Positions 14,107 to 26,377 of a stretch of DNA of 64,000 bases are shown here, piece after piece. Numbering within the stretch: position 1 is the stretch's first letter; every line of letters begins with the position of its first letter. Under the pieces are notes generated by a model. It searched no databases. It was not told where the DNA came from and was given only the letters and a program-made list of their open reading frames with translations. Source of the DNA: Vicugna vicugna (lineage: Eukaryota); NCBI GenBank assembly GCA_013265495.1, contig MU058000.1, forward strand, positions 3,051,905 to 3,115,904. Direction: 5' to 3'. The position numbers were made by a program, and so were the translations under genes.

Positions 14107-14513
14107 CGTATTGATTGAGATAGACTAACTGTTGTAACAAACAATCCCAAATTTCCTATGACTTGACACAATAAGATATTTCATTCTCATTTAAATAACA
14201 GTTCATTGTGATTCTTCATTGAGCATTCTTCAATATGATAACTCAGAGACACTAGTTCTTCCCATATTGGGGTTCTGCTGACCGCTAGACCTTGGGGTTC
14301 TCTTCAACTACCCTACAGGCATGAGGAAATGGAAAATTGCTCGGAAGCTCTTATCATCTAGGTCTAAAAGCTATGCATATTACATTTAGTCATATTCAGT
14401 TGGTAAGAACTCATTCACATGACTTCAACTAACTAGTGAATGAAGTAACATATGTCTTAACTTAGGAAAAAAAAAAAGAAATAGTTTGGTGAACAACAAG
14501 CCAGTCTTTATTA
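14107..14513 (-). mobile_element. Old MLT1 (K/L-like) LTR, putative 5' LTR
   Basis: Begins 'ctgttgtaacaaacaatcccaaatttc...gacttgacacaataa' and ends 'tttggtgaacaacaagccagtct'. Confidence 0.75.
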
Positions 14514-15289
14514 GTAAACATTTAATCAAGCACAATTTTGTACATTGAGCCTTGGTAATGAATCTCATAGGTGTTTTTGTTCCCTTATAATTTCATTTAA
14601 AACTCAACACCTCCATTCAGTCTTTCTTCACTAAAAATATTAGTTGTGGTCCAGCCTCATAGCCCAAAAAGTAAAAATTTAATTATCGAGATATTTATTT
14701 CTATTTTACTTAAGAATAAATTTGGTTAATATTTGGTAAAATAAAGCTGTATGGCCCTGCAACACATTTCAAAGAGCCATCAGCCCTCTAGGGAGTAAGT
14801 CTGGCTGAAAATGCTCTTGAGTTTCTTACCTTTGTAAAACAAAACCACGTAGAGCTGGTGCCAAGTTAATATACATTATTAAATATCTGTGAAGCTTTAC
14901 AAAATGCAAATCCACTTAGAATTGTGTTTTTGGTTGATTATTCAGAATAATCAGAATAATAATTCAGAATAATTCAGTTTTTTGTTGATTAGACATTTAC
15001 ATGAAAATATTCACAAAGATACACTAACAAAACTAAAGAAATAAACTACGTTTAAAAATGTAGGTAAGTAGATATTTATTACTAAACATTATAAAATATA
15101 GAAAAAATAAGGAAATGCAAATCCCCTTTAGCACAGTTTATATCTTACATATAAATTCTTGAAAAAAGATTGGAAATAAACATATGCATATGTGAATAAT
15201 TTTAAATGTAATACTTTATATATTATATATTATTTTACTTATTATCACATTGTTAATATGTCTTTTGACAATCAATGATCTTAGAAGTG

Positions 15290-15450
15290 AGAATATTTAA
15301 AAACAGAAGTATTTTGACAAGTGGGTGCAAGATCATAGATCCTAACATCTTAAGTTTAGACATTTAGGTTGTTTTAATTTTTCTGTTATTAAAACTTATG
15401 CTATAGTGAACACTCTTTTACAGACATCTTTCTGTATATCTGGTTATATC
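15290..15450 (-). mobile_element. Ancient L1M (L1ME-like) fragment
   Basis: 'gacatttaggttgttttaatttttctgttattaaaa...gctatagtgaacac' is a typical antisense L1M motif. Confidence 0.6.
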
Positions 15451-15613
15451 TGCTGTATAAATAAGTAGGGCTGTAACATGCTTATCTTTGAATTATCCTT
15501 TATTTTAACCCATAATTGTCCAGAGTTACAAATCAACCCCTTTCTGCCTTAATTTTTTGGTTACTCTATTTATTACATTGAGTTCTACAAATAATCATGC
15601 CCCCAGTCAAATT

Positions 15614-15672
15614 AATCTTACATGTGTTCTCTAAATCTTACATGTGTTAATAAATCTTACATATGTTAATAA
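15614..15672. repeat. Three ~19-20 bp tandem copies (AATCTTACATRTGTT...)
   Basis: aatcttacatgtgttctcta / aatcttacatgtgttaata / aatcttacatatgttaata. Confidence 0.85.
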
Positions 15673-16939
15673 CTAGATACTTTTTAAAAACATATTTTTA
15701 TCCTAACTTACTACGATTTGTGAGTGTTTTTGTAACAGTCTACTGGCAGTGAATGTTTGATGTTTTGGTAGCTAGGGTTACCAAGGAAATACACAGCCAC
15801 AACTAGTGGGAAGAGGATATGTATATTGGCACATATATGTATACACATATATATACCTACATAGTGAATATTGTCTGTAAAATATGTGCTTCCATTTATA
15901 CTTACCTCAGATGCTTATAAAACATATAAAACATTTCCATTAGCTGTTACATATATATATAATATATATTTCCTTATATACAAGGAAGCCATTTGATAAA
16001 TCTAGCTGTGTTTCCACTTAAACTGTCAACGCGTATTTCTGAAAGCATATCTACATGCATTATAACATAAATAGCATATTAAGATGTTTAGGTCTTTAAT
16101 TTTCTTTAAAATATTGTATATATATAAACATACTTATCTTTTAATTCAGAATAATATATATGAGCTGGAAAAAGTGATAATTTAAAATTGGAAAAGCTTA
16201 AAAATGAATTATATTATTTAAAAATGTCAATAATTTAAAGTAATTAATAAAATTATTTCCAATGAATTTCTTTTCCTACATGATTGAACTGACTAAATTT
16301 TGTGCCTCACACATGGTTTGAGAGTAATTAATACTAGTTTCATGTTTCCTATCACACAGCTTTAAGGCATTCCATTCATGTACTTGATTTTTATATTTGG
16401 CCAAATATGTTTACTGCTATGGTTTTAAGTTTTCTACCTATAATCTTTAAGTTTTGGACTAAAAGTACTGTATGTTTTATTTCTGCTCCAAGATTTCATT
16501 GTAATCATATATTTCTAATTAAGTTAATCACATTTTAAGAAATATGTTTTTAACTATTTACGCAATTATTATTTATTTCACTTCTTTGGTTAAATTATTT
16601 TTTTCTTTTAAAGTAAACTTAAGGGGTATCTCAAAGGAGTGGGTTTAAAGAACTAAAAGTTTTCACACAACTTTCACAAGTGCTCAGTTTTTCTTTGCAG
16701 ACCTATCTCCTTTATTATGGTTTCTCTAACATAGCTTGTCACTTTTCTATTGCTTTGATCCCTTTCAAACTGTATAATTGCAAAGAAGTACTCCAATTCT
16801 ATAACGTTCTTGTTTATCCAGAAAAAGACAATTCAAAAACTTTCACTAGAAGATACTGCCTCAACAATTTCTCCAGCCCTGCTAAGAAAAACTTAGTATA
16901 GATGTCCTAGTCTCTAAAATGACAGTAATAGCAAGTTTC

Positions 16940-17235
16940 TCTCCAGGGATCTTCCTGGGCATTCTCATTCATGTGTCCATTGGCAGATGTGTTTTCTTTT
17001 CCAGCAGTATCATGTCTTCATGGTCTCACACTCATGGATCTTTATTGATAAATCATCATTTACCATGTTATACTGCAGTCTAGTTTGGAAATTGCCTTTC
17101 TTCCCCAGTAAAATGTAAGTTTCTCAAGGACTGAGAATGTGTTCAGTCATTTTTTATTTCTATGCATCCTAAGAAAAATCCTTGACTTTAGAGTTTTTAA
17201 TAGATGCTGAATAAATGAATAAATAAATGATTGAA
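16940..17235 (+). mobile_element. L2 3' end
   Basis: 'aaatgtaagtttctcaaggactgagaatgtgt' followed by the tail 'tgctgaataaatgaataaataaatga'. Confidence 0.7.
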
Positions 17236-18783
17236 CTAACAACAGTTAACATTTGAGTCAGAATGAGATTTTCAATGATTCTGTCTATATATACACTGAT
17301 TATATATACTACTTCCAACAAAATTTCACTTTGTTGCTATTTTTTGGTAATCTCTTGCTTAGAAAGCAGGTGCTTGATTAGAAAGATGAAATAGCTTGCT
17401 GACTTTATTCAAAAGTTTCAAAGTTTCAAAATAAGAAAGAATGTTCACAACTTTCTAATATTTACCTGAAGGTAAAGAATGTTTTAGCCTTCGTAGGGTT
17501 GGGGGAAAAGACAATGAGAAGAAATCATAGAATGGCATTTATTTAAAATATGGAGAAAGTTTTCATTAATATTTAGAGCAACTACCGCTTTTAGGGTCAT
17601 CTAATTTGAAATGATCCATATTTCACCGATGCTAATTATTCTGAAGTGCTCCCTAATTCAAATGTTTTATCTAAAGGCAATGCAATAGATGTTCTCCAGA
17701 AAATAACTGTTCTGAGGGGTTATTCTCGAGTCTTTGTCTTCTCTCTCACTACAGTCTGAAACGTAGCCTGAAAAGTTTCAAAGAGTAGAACTCATGTAAA
17801 TTTTACAGTCTTAATAGTGCTATTGTAAATATTTAACCTGATTCTCTCAGTCAAGAGGACAAAAGATGCTGACTTAAAATGCTTCTTTGAAATCAGTTGA
17901 GATTCTTTAACACCAAAACTGCATCTTGCAGCCAAAGTTTAAAAGATGTTTAAATGGATACACGCAGGAAAAAAATTAGCATGAATAGTTAGCTTGTCTT
18001 GGTTTCCCAGGAGAAAGCTTGCATTTATAGGGTCATATTCTTACAGTTCACATTCATCTGAGACTTACAACACAGCAAGAAACAAAGAGTCATTAAGGAG
18101 ATCTTAAATAGCACTGAATTTTATAGTTTCCATGAATATTGTTTAAAAGCTCAACTCTCTCAGGAAATTGCCTTTGATTACTCTCAAATTCTAAGACCCA
18201 AGCTCAGTTTTGTGCATATTTCTAAATACCATGTGTGGAAACAATATCATAGAGAAGACAAGCTCATAGCTTTACCAATCTAATAAAGTTGCCTTTAAAA
18301 TCCAATTTATCACAGTTCTACATTCTATATTCTAAATTCTCAGTAACTTAAATATTAACAGCTATAAAATTACAATAGGTAAAATATGAGACAGTAATTA
18401 AAACATGGGAGAATAGGAGCTTTTCAGGTATTATTTTTCAAATTCAGACCCCGGAAGATCTCTCTCTCTCTCTCTTTTTATTTTGTTAAAAGAAGACAAT
18501 TAAGCTCTAGGAGATAAAGTGATTCATCCAAGACCATATGCCTAATCATTTTCAAAGGTTGACTACCTGATTCAATTTTTCACAATGCTGTGCTTTCTCT
18601 ATTTCATTTGTGTTTTAACTCATCTATAAGCTGACTTCTGTTTTTTTATAGATTGGTAATTAATCCAGATCAAAGCCTAAATGCCACCCAAATTCTGTTA
18701 TTTTTCTAGTTCAGACTATAACATAATTCATAGAACAGACTTTTTCTAGAGATAATGACAATGCAATTATTAAGATGTGATTA

Positions 18784-20929
18784 ATCCAGAACAAGACAAG
18801 GATGCCCACTCTCACCACTTCTATTCAAGATAGTCTTGGAAGTCCCAGCAATAGAAATTAGACAAGAAAAAGAAATAAAAGGGGTCCAAATTGGAAGAAA
18901 GGAGGTAAAACTGTCACTATATACAGATGACATTATGCTATATACGGAAAACTCTAAAGGCTCCACACAAAAACTACTAGAGCTAATAAAAGAATTGGCA
19001 AGGTAGCAGGATATAAGATTAACATACAGAAATCAATGTCACTTCTTTACTCTAACAATGAAATATCAGAAAAGGAAAGTAAAGAAACAATCTCTGCTAA
19101 AATCGCATCCAAAAAATAAAATATCTAGGAATAAATCTGACCAAAGGAGTGAAAGAATTATACACAGAGAACTACAAAACACTGAGTAAGGAAATTACAA
19201 AAGACTTAAAGAAATGGAAAGATATCCCATGCTCATGGATTGGAAGAATTAATATTGTTAAAATAGCCATACTACCCAAAGCAATCTACAGATTTAATGC
19301 AACCCCTATCAAATTATCCAGGACATTTTTCACTGAACTAGAACAAACAATCCTAAAACTTATATGGTATCATGAAATATCAGAATTTTGAAAGCAATAT
19401 TGAAGAAAAAGAATGAAGCTAGAGGAATAATCCTCCCAGATTTCAGAAAATACTATAGAGCTACAGTAATAAAAACAGCATGTTATTAGTACAAAAACAG
19501 ACATACGGATTAGTGAAACAGAATAGAGAGCCCAGAAATAAATCCACAAACTTTTGGTCAATTAATCTTTGACAAAGAAGGCAAGAACATACAATGGAGT
19601 AAAGACAGTCTCTTCAGTAAACGATGTTGGGAAAACTGGACAGCAGCATGTAAATCAATGAAGTTAGAATTCTCCCTCACACCATACACAAAAATAAACT
19701 CAAAATGGCTAAAATATTTAAACATAAAACAAGACATTATAAACCTCTTAGAAGAAAACAGGCAAAACATTCTCTGACATAAATCTTAACAATGTTCTCT
19801 TGTGGCAGTCTACCCAGGCAATAGAAATAAAAACAAAAATAAACAAATGAGAGCTAAGCTTATAAGCTTTTGCACAGCAAAGAAAACCATAAACAAAACA
19901 AAACAAAAAATCTATGAAATGGGAGAAAATATTTGCAAAAGATGAAACTGATAAGGGCTTAATTTCCAGAATATATAAACAGCCATACAAATTAATAAGA
20001 AAAAAACAAACAACCCAATCCAAAAATGGGCAGAAGGCCTAAATAAGCAATTTTCCAGTGAAAACATCCAAATGGCCAAAAGGAACAGGAAAAAATACTT
20101 AATATCACTAATTATCAGAGAAATGCAAATCAAAACTACAATAAGGTATCACCTCATACCAGTCAGAATGGCCATCATTCAAAAGTCCATGAACGATAAA
20201 TGCTGGGGAGGCTGTGGAGAAAAGGAACCCTCCTACACTGCTGGTAGAGACGTAGTTTGGCACATCCATTACAGAAAACAGTACAGAGATTCCTCAAAAA
20301 ACTAAAAGTAGACTTACCATATGACCAGCAATCCCACTCTTGGGCATATATCCAGAGGGAACTCTAATTTGAAAAGATACATGCCCCCCAATGCTCATAG
20401 CAGTGCTATTTATAATAGTTAAGACATGGAAACAGAATAAATGTCCATTGACAGATGACTGGATAAGGAAGTTGTGGTATATTTATACAATGGAATACTA
20501 CTCATCAATAAAAAAGATAATGTCATTTGCAGCAACATGGATGGGACTGGAGATTGTCATTCTAAGTGAAGTAAGCCAGAAAGAAAAAGAAAAAGACCAT
20601 ATGATATCACTTATATGTGGTGTCTAAAAAAAAGACAAACGAACTTATTTACAAAACAGAAACAGACTCAGATATGGACAAACTTATGGTTACCAGCAGG
20701 GGAAAGAGGTAGGAAGAGATAAATTGGGAGTTCTAGATTTGCAAATACTAACTGCTATATACAAAATAGATAAATGACAAGTTTATATTGTATAGCACAG
20801 GGAACCATATTTAATATCTTATAGTAACCTATAATGAAAAAGAATATGAAAATGAATATATGATGTAAATGGATGACTGAACTACTATGTTGTACACCAG
20901 AAACTGACACAGCACTGTAAACTGAGTAT
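18784..20929 (+). mobile_element. 5'-truncated LINE-1 (lineage-type): RT to C-terminus of ORF2 plus 3' UTR, disabled
   Basis: Begins in the RT motif (acaagacaaggatgcccactctcaccacttctattc = [12 protein letters not shown]). ORF pieces [44 protein letters not shown] and [12 protein letters not shown] are broken by stops and frameshifts. Confidence 0.97.
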
Positions 20930-20960
20930 GAAGGAAGGAAGGAAGGAAGGAAGGAAAGAA
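20930..20960. repeat. (GAAG)n microsatellite at the L1 3' end
   Basis: gaaggaaggaaggaagg... directly follows the L1 3' UTR. Confidence 0.9.
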
Positions 20961-21952
20961 GATAGAAGTGATTCAGGTAGAGAAAAACTTACTTGAATCT
21001 TAGGGATGCAGAGTTAATCAAATCCAAATGTTGTGAAGTACATGGGCATAAGAAAGAAAATATTAATGGTAGCAATCAGTCCCATAACTCATTCTTATGA
21101 ATCTTGTGGATGCTTCTCTGTATATGACGAAGTTGAAAGTGTGTTATTAAAATGTGTCTATGTATCATGCTTGTTAAGTACGAGTGGAAAATGTAACATT
21201 AGAAAGACTGATCTTCCAATTGCCAAAAATTACCAGTTTTAGGTAGATCTGAAATCAAAGTGTTGTGTCTCCTGGGATCTATGGCCTCTATTTTGACAGT
21301 TAAGCCTAGACTTCAATTTTTATTAAAAATTTGTAAATGCCTCCTGCAGCTGACTTTTAAAAATTAAACTAATTAAAGGAAATGTCAAGGGACCACTCAG
21401 CTCTATTCAAGCCAGGCAGTCCAGAAATAAATATTTTGCAACAGCAGTGCCATCAATATTTTGGGAATACTCACACACACGTACTTGAACACAGTATTTA
21501 GTGTCAGTCCTCAAAGAGGACTTGAAGATATAGTATTAATAAATAGAGAAAAACTTTTTTAAAATAGAAGAATAGGCTCTATGTTTTCAGAAAAAAATAT
21601 GGCTTAATATGGGATGGAGTGATTTGAATGATTTTATGGAAAACATGGAACTTGTTCAAGCTTGAAAGTTGAATAGAACTTGGATAGATACAGTATTGGT
21701 TTATTCCAGACGGGGGGCAGGGGGGGGATACCAATATATGAAAGTTAATATGTAAAATATTTTAAGAAATATCACATAGACCGATCTCCCCTGGATGTGT
21801 AAGTGATTTGTTGAGAAGTGAGAACATTACTGTCACGTATAATGTCACGTGAAATATTTGTATCATTTCTTTCCCATTATATACAGCATTGGAAGAGGAA
21901 GAGATTAGGTGTGAAATTTGAAAAGCTGTCCTGGGAAAAGGTGAGACCCAGA

Positions 21953-22090
21953 GTATATATTAATCTGTATATATATATATAATCTGTATATATATATACA
22001 TATATATATTAATATACATATTAATCTGTATATATATATACATAATCCATTTGTCATTTGACAGATTAAACATATATATATGTATATATT
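21953..22090. repeat. (TA)n-rich compound repeat with recurring AATCTGTATATATA unit
   Basis: Directly visible. Confidence 0.85.
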
Positions 22091-24229
22091 AACGAGATTT
22101 GAGTATGTAGTCCCCTAAAGTTGAGTAGTGAGCAGAGAGATAAATCACCTTGCATAATGTAGGGAGGTGATTCGGTTGCAAGAAAAGCTCTTATCAGAGG
22201 AAAAACAGCGGGTGAACTCTGTGGCAGAAAGGCTTGTGTTTAAAGAGGAAGGTGATCATTGGAGAGTCGCAACACTCTTGAACCTCTTTTTAAAAATAGG
22301 GATGCTAGTATTCAGTTTACATGACATGAAATGGCTCTCACTCTCCAGTTATTCAGGCAAAACTGCTACTCACAGAAATTGCTTGTGTGATGGTGTTTTG
22401 AAGAAAACCAATGAGACACTGATTTCCATTCCCAAACTTGTTGAGACCAGAGGAAAGATGATTTAGGCAAGATGTGAAATTAAAAAAGTTCAATTATATC
22501 AGGGGCTGTTTACGCTGGGGTTGGGTGCTATCATGGGATCATATTTCAGAGAACTTAAGTCATTTAGGTCCCTCCTATATTAGTGACTAAAATCTCAGAT
22601 TGAATATCTTTTGAGAAGAGTAATAATAACTTTAAAGCACTGTTCCAAGCACAACGGGCAAGACTTCTGAAAGTTACTTTGAAACTATCCGTCGAAACTT
22701 TTGAAAGTTACTTTGAAACTTTTCCTAAAAGCTTTGCACAACCTCACTGAAAAGTTGCCATTCCAATTCCTGTTGTATTTACTATTTCTCCAGCAAATGT
22801 ATTCCTTTCTTTCAATTGTGAGTGTTAAGGATAGCTTGCTTCCTGCTATTTACATCTCTGTCTTCTGGAACAACATAACATAAATCCAAATCTATTCTTC
22901 CCCCCAACTGGCAGTTGTTCAAACACGGGGAAAGAGCTATTATATGTGTTCCTTCTTTTCTTTCCCAGAATAAAGATTGTTTCTGTTTTCTTCTGTCCTT
23001 ATTTGGTGTTTTATTTAGCATTCTCAACATCTAGATCTTTTCTTTACCAGATAAGGTGGTATTTTAGTAATTCCACACCACTCTAATTGTATGATGCTCA
23101 GAGCTGACCATAATATCACAGGGTAATTTAAGCAAGGTAGAAATGGACATATGCAGTGTAGTGCATAAAATATCCTACAGAGAAATAACCTAAAGTGATG
23201 ATATCTACAGATGAAACTTTGATGGGAAATAAAGATTTAAGACATTTTTATAAAAGCAGGTAAATAAAAAGGGGTTCACAATCTAGCACATGGTGTAAAA
23301 AGACCTCTGACCCCACCCACGTACCATAATATCTTGAAATAATGATACAACTGTCTATTTAATAAGTTTAAGTCTAATGTTGCTATTTATAAGCACAATA
23401 TTTAAAAAATAAAGTTCTTTGAAAACTAAATCAATGGTTTTAACTGCTCTAAATGATATATACTACAGATGCAAACTATTTGCAGAGTGTGCAATAAGTT
23501 GAAAACCGCTATTAACAATTTAGGATAAAGCACTTTGATTCAAAATGTGGGAAACTGGTTTGTCATAGAAAAAGTTGGCCACACATGTTGAAATCCATGA
23601 TTAGGTGCTTTCCTTCAGCCTTGCCTTTTATTTAGACTAGGAAGGAGTCAGTTCTGTGTTTATTAATGGAAAAACATACACACAAAAAACTGAAACCAGA
23701 TACAGAAATAGTACGTAGTATTAAAAAGGAAAAAAAAATGTGGGTATTTCCTAATACCAAATCAGTATGAGTTATGGAAAAAAATGCTTAAATAAAAATG
23801 AGAAAGGACTAGATTTTGTGCCATGGTAAGTTTCATACACATTTTATTCACAAAAATCAACTATTAACACTTGAAAATATATGTACCAACAATGTGTTGA
23901 GTATTGATTTAAGCACTTTGCAGACATTAACCCAGATAACTTAATGCTTCCAAAAACTCTCTAAGGTATCTGATATTACTATCTGGTATATATGAGAAGA
24001 TAAGATATTCCTGTTTTCTTCAATTCATACTGCACTAAAACCTTGCCATTTGAGCACAATTTACAAAAAAAAAAACCCTATATATTAGATATTCCTGCAA
24101 TATCAATATTTCAAGTAATAATTTCAGTTTTTTAGGATTTAATTGGATCTATGAAGTAGATACATTTTGATACATAAAGCAGAATTTTTTAAGAAGACAG
24201 AATGCTTAAAACCAAGGCAATAGTTAGAT

Positions 24230-24560
24230 GGGAAGACTGAAATCCAATATACAGTAGTATTAAAGCTCTCAAGGAAGATGTACAGTTAAGTGACATGAAA
24301 TATGCCAGAGATTAAGACTATGAAGAGGGAGAAAGGTCATTGGAATTAGCAAGAAGAAAGCCATTTGAGGTCTCTGAAAGATCTGAAGGATCGAGAGAAT
24401 GATGGGCTGGGGATTTAGATAGCAGGGGTTTAAAAGGGGCACGGATGACAGAAGGTAGCAGCAGTGAGTGCAGATTAATCATGGAAAAACGTGATGGCAG
24501 TGGAAGGAAGGAGAGCAATCACATGACGTGAAATAAGCAGTGGAGTCGAGCAGAGGTTTT
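24230..24560 (-). mobile_element. L2 ORF2 (RT) fragment
   Basis: Minus-strand ORF 24318-24518 contains HHSL...ETSNGFLLANSND, resembling L2 HHSTETAL..VTNDLL.AKSNG. Confidence 0.7.
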
Positions 24561-25281
24561 CTTTCATTATTCTGTAATATTGCAAAGCCTCTGAATATTT
24601 AAATACATAAAGAGAAGAAGGGCTTAGAAGAAAAGAAGAGAGAAGAAGCAGACAGGTGGGGACCCAAAAGGAGTTAAGGGATCAGTCCCATCTAATATTG
24701 GTCATAAGTGGAAATAATCAAGTATTCGGGTAACGGACAACATTAAGGACGTGAACCCTAACAAAAGGGTCGGTGAATAAACTGTCTCAAAGTTTCAGGC
24801 TAAACAGAACTTTGTGTTGCCAATAGGACAGGGTGACTAAAGCAAATGGGTCTTGTCCCTAATGCTAAGTTTTACTTCCTCTTACAGTTCTGTGGAAAAT
24901 CCTCCACGATTCTCTCTATTACCAACATGCTTAACTTTCTCCAAAGATAATCTTTAGTCTCCTAGCCACGGAATGGCTCATGATTCCTCTCATTGACAAG
25001 GTTTTCACCCTGAAAAGAAATAAACACAGACGCTTCTCAAGTTGCCCACTCAGGATTACTTTTACAACCACTTCTGGGGAAAAAACCTTCCATCAACTCT
25101 GTAATGTTAAAGCCAGAAAGATGAGGAATCGAATGATCCAATAACCACAATTTCCATGCACTCAACAAAATAACTGCAAATTTTCAGCATCAAAAAAATG
25201 CATACTCATTCATGTGTAGAGTGCCTAGTAATGAAAGGAACATATATCCCAAAATCAGGCATTCTTAATTCTAAGAAGAAA

Positions 25282-25348
25282 TATGTATACATATATATAT
25301 GTATGTGTGTGTGTGTGTATACACACACACACACATACATATATGTAC
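25282..25348. repeat. Compound (TA)/(TG)/(CA) microsatellite
   Basis: Directly visible and self-complementary. Confidence 0.95.
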
Positions 25349-25479
25349 AAATAGGAACCTTAAAAAGATTCATTTTAAAGAATCACTGAGATTTACATTC
25401 AAATAATAATAATACAATACACTCAGCATTTGAGTAACATAATGGTATATTATTTGATTTGAACATTCCAAGCAACTAT

Positions 25480-25682
25480 CACTTACTGACTCTTTTATAT
25501 GTGAGTCATTCTCTAAGGAGGTTGCATACATTTTATCTTTGAATCATTACAATAACTCTATGAGACAGAGTTTTTCATCATTATTTCACAGCTTAAGAAA
25601 ATGAACTTAAAGAGGTTAAGAATGTTTGTTCAAAATCAAACAGGTGAAGCTGGAATCATATTCAAATCCATCTGATTCAATG
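25480..25682 (-). mobile_element. MIR SINE
   Basis: 'tttgaatcattacaataactctatgag...atttcacagcttaagaaaatgaacttaaagaggttaag' is the antisense MIR core. Confidence 0.75.
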
Positions 25683-25808
25683 CCCGGGGGCTTAATGACG
25701 TTCTCCAAGGCCAATGTAGGGACGTTCTCAGGACATCAGAAACATTATTCAAAGTGGATACATTTAAACTGTTCACTTTTCAGAAATCGGATTCATGAAA
25801 TGATTATA

Positions 25809-26377
25809 CAGCAGTTCTCCTGCAATGATTGTTTTGAAAACAGATTTTATTCTAATGCCGTTGACTTATTAGGGAACAATTTGAGCATAACGGAAAACTC
25901 ACGTGTACTTATATACAATTTAATCCATGAGAAACACTTACATGATCACAGAAAATGGTACCCTGCTAAACCCAGCACAAGGGAACAGACCAATCTCACA
26001 CACCTCAAACTTCTATGAGCCACACCCATTCACATCTGGTGTTAGGATTTTCCATCTAATTTTGAATAATCCTTCTATATCTTCACAATAACTCATGAAC
26101 CACAACCCTGCCCAAATGCACTTCCACAAGCAAGTTTCAGGTCCTTTACAAAGTAAGGTGCCATATTTATTGTACTAATTATCTGTTTCTTAACCATTTA
26201 GTGCATGTTCATTATCATTTTTATTAAGGTCTTAATTTTTTTAATGCTTCATTGTTATGTTTGGGTTCCACATCACAGCTGCATTTTTCTTATAAACTCA
26301 CGGGATTTGGTTGTGTGCTTTTGCACTGTGCAGAAATTTTTAGTAACACACGTGTATCGTTATGGCTGAACTGACAA
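25809..26377 (+). mobile_element. Tigger13a-like non-autonomous TcMar-Tigger DNA transposon, near full length
   Basis: TA-flanked degenerate TIRs (cagcagttctcc... / ...gttatggctgaactgacaa). Internal 'ttagggaacaatttgagcataac', 'atgagccacacccattcacatctggtgtta' and 'cacttccacaagcaa' match the recalled consensus. Confidence 0.85.

Noticed and set aside
19149..20627. ORFs with clear protein similarity
   Set aside because: Fragments of disabled L1 ORF2 and their antisense shadows, not host genes.
25626..26018. 130-aa ORF
   Set aside because: Spans a MIR and the Tigger13a-like element, has a non-ATG start and no recognisable domain.
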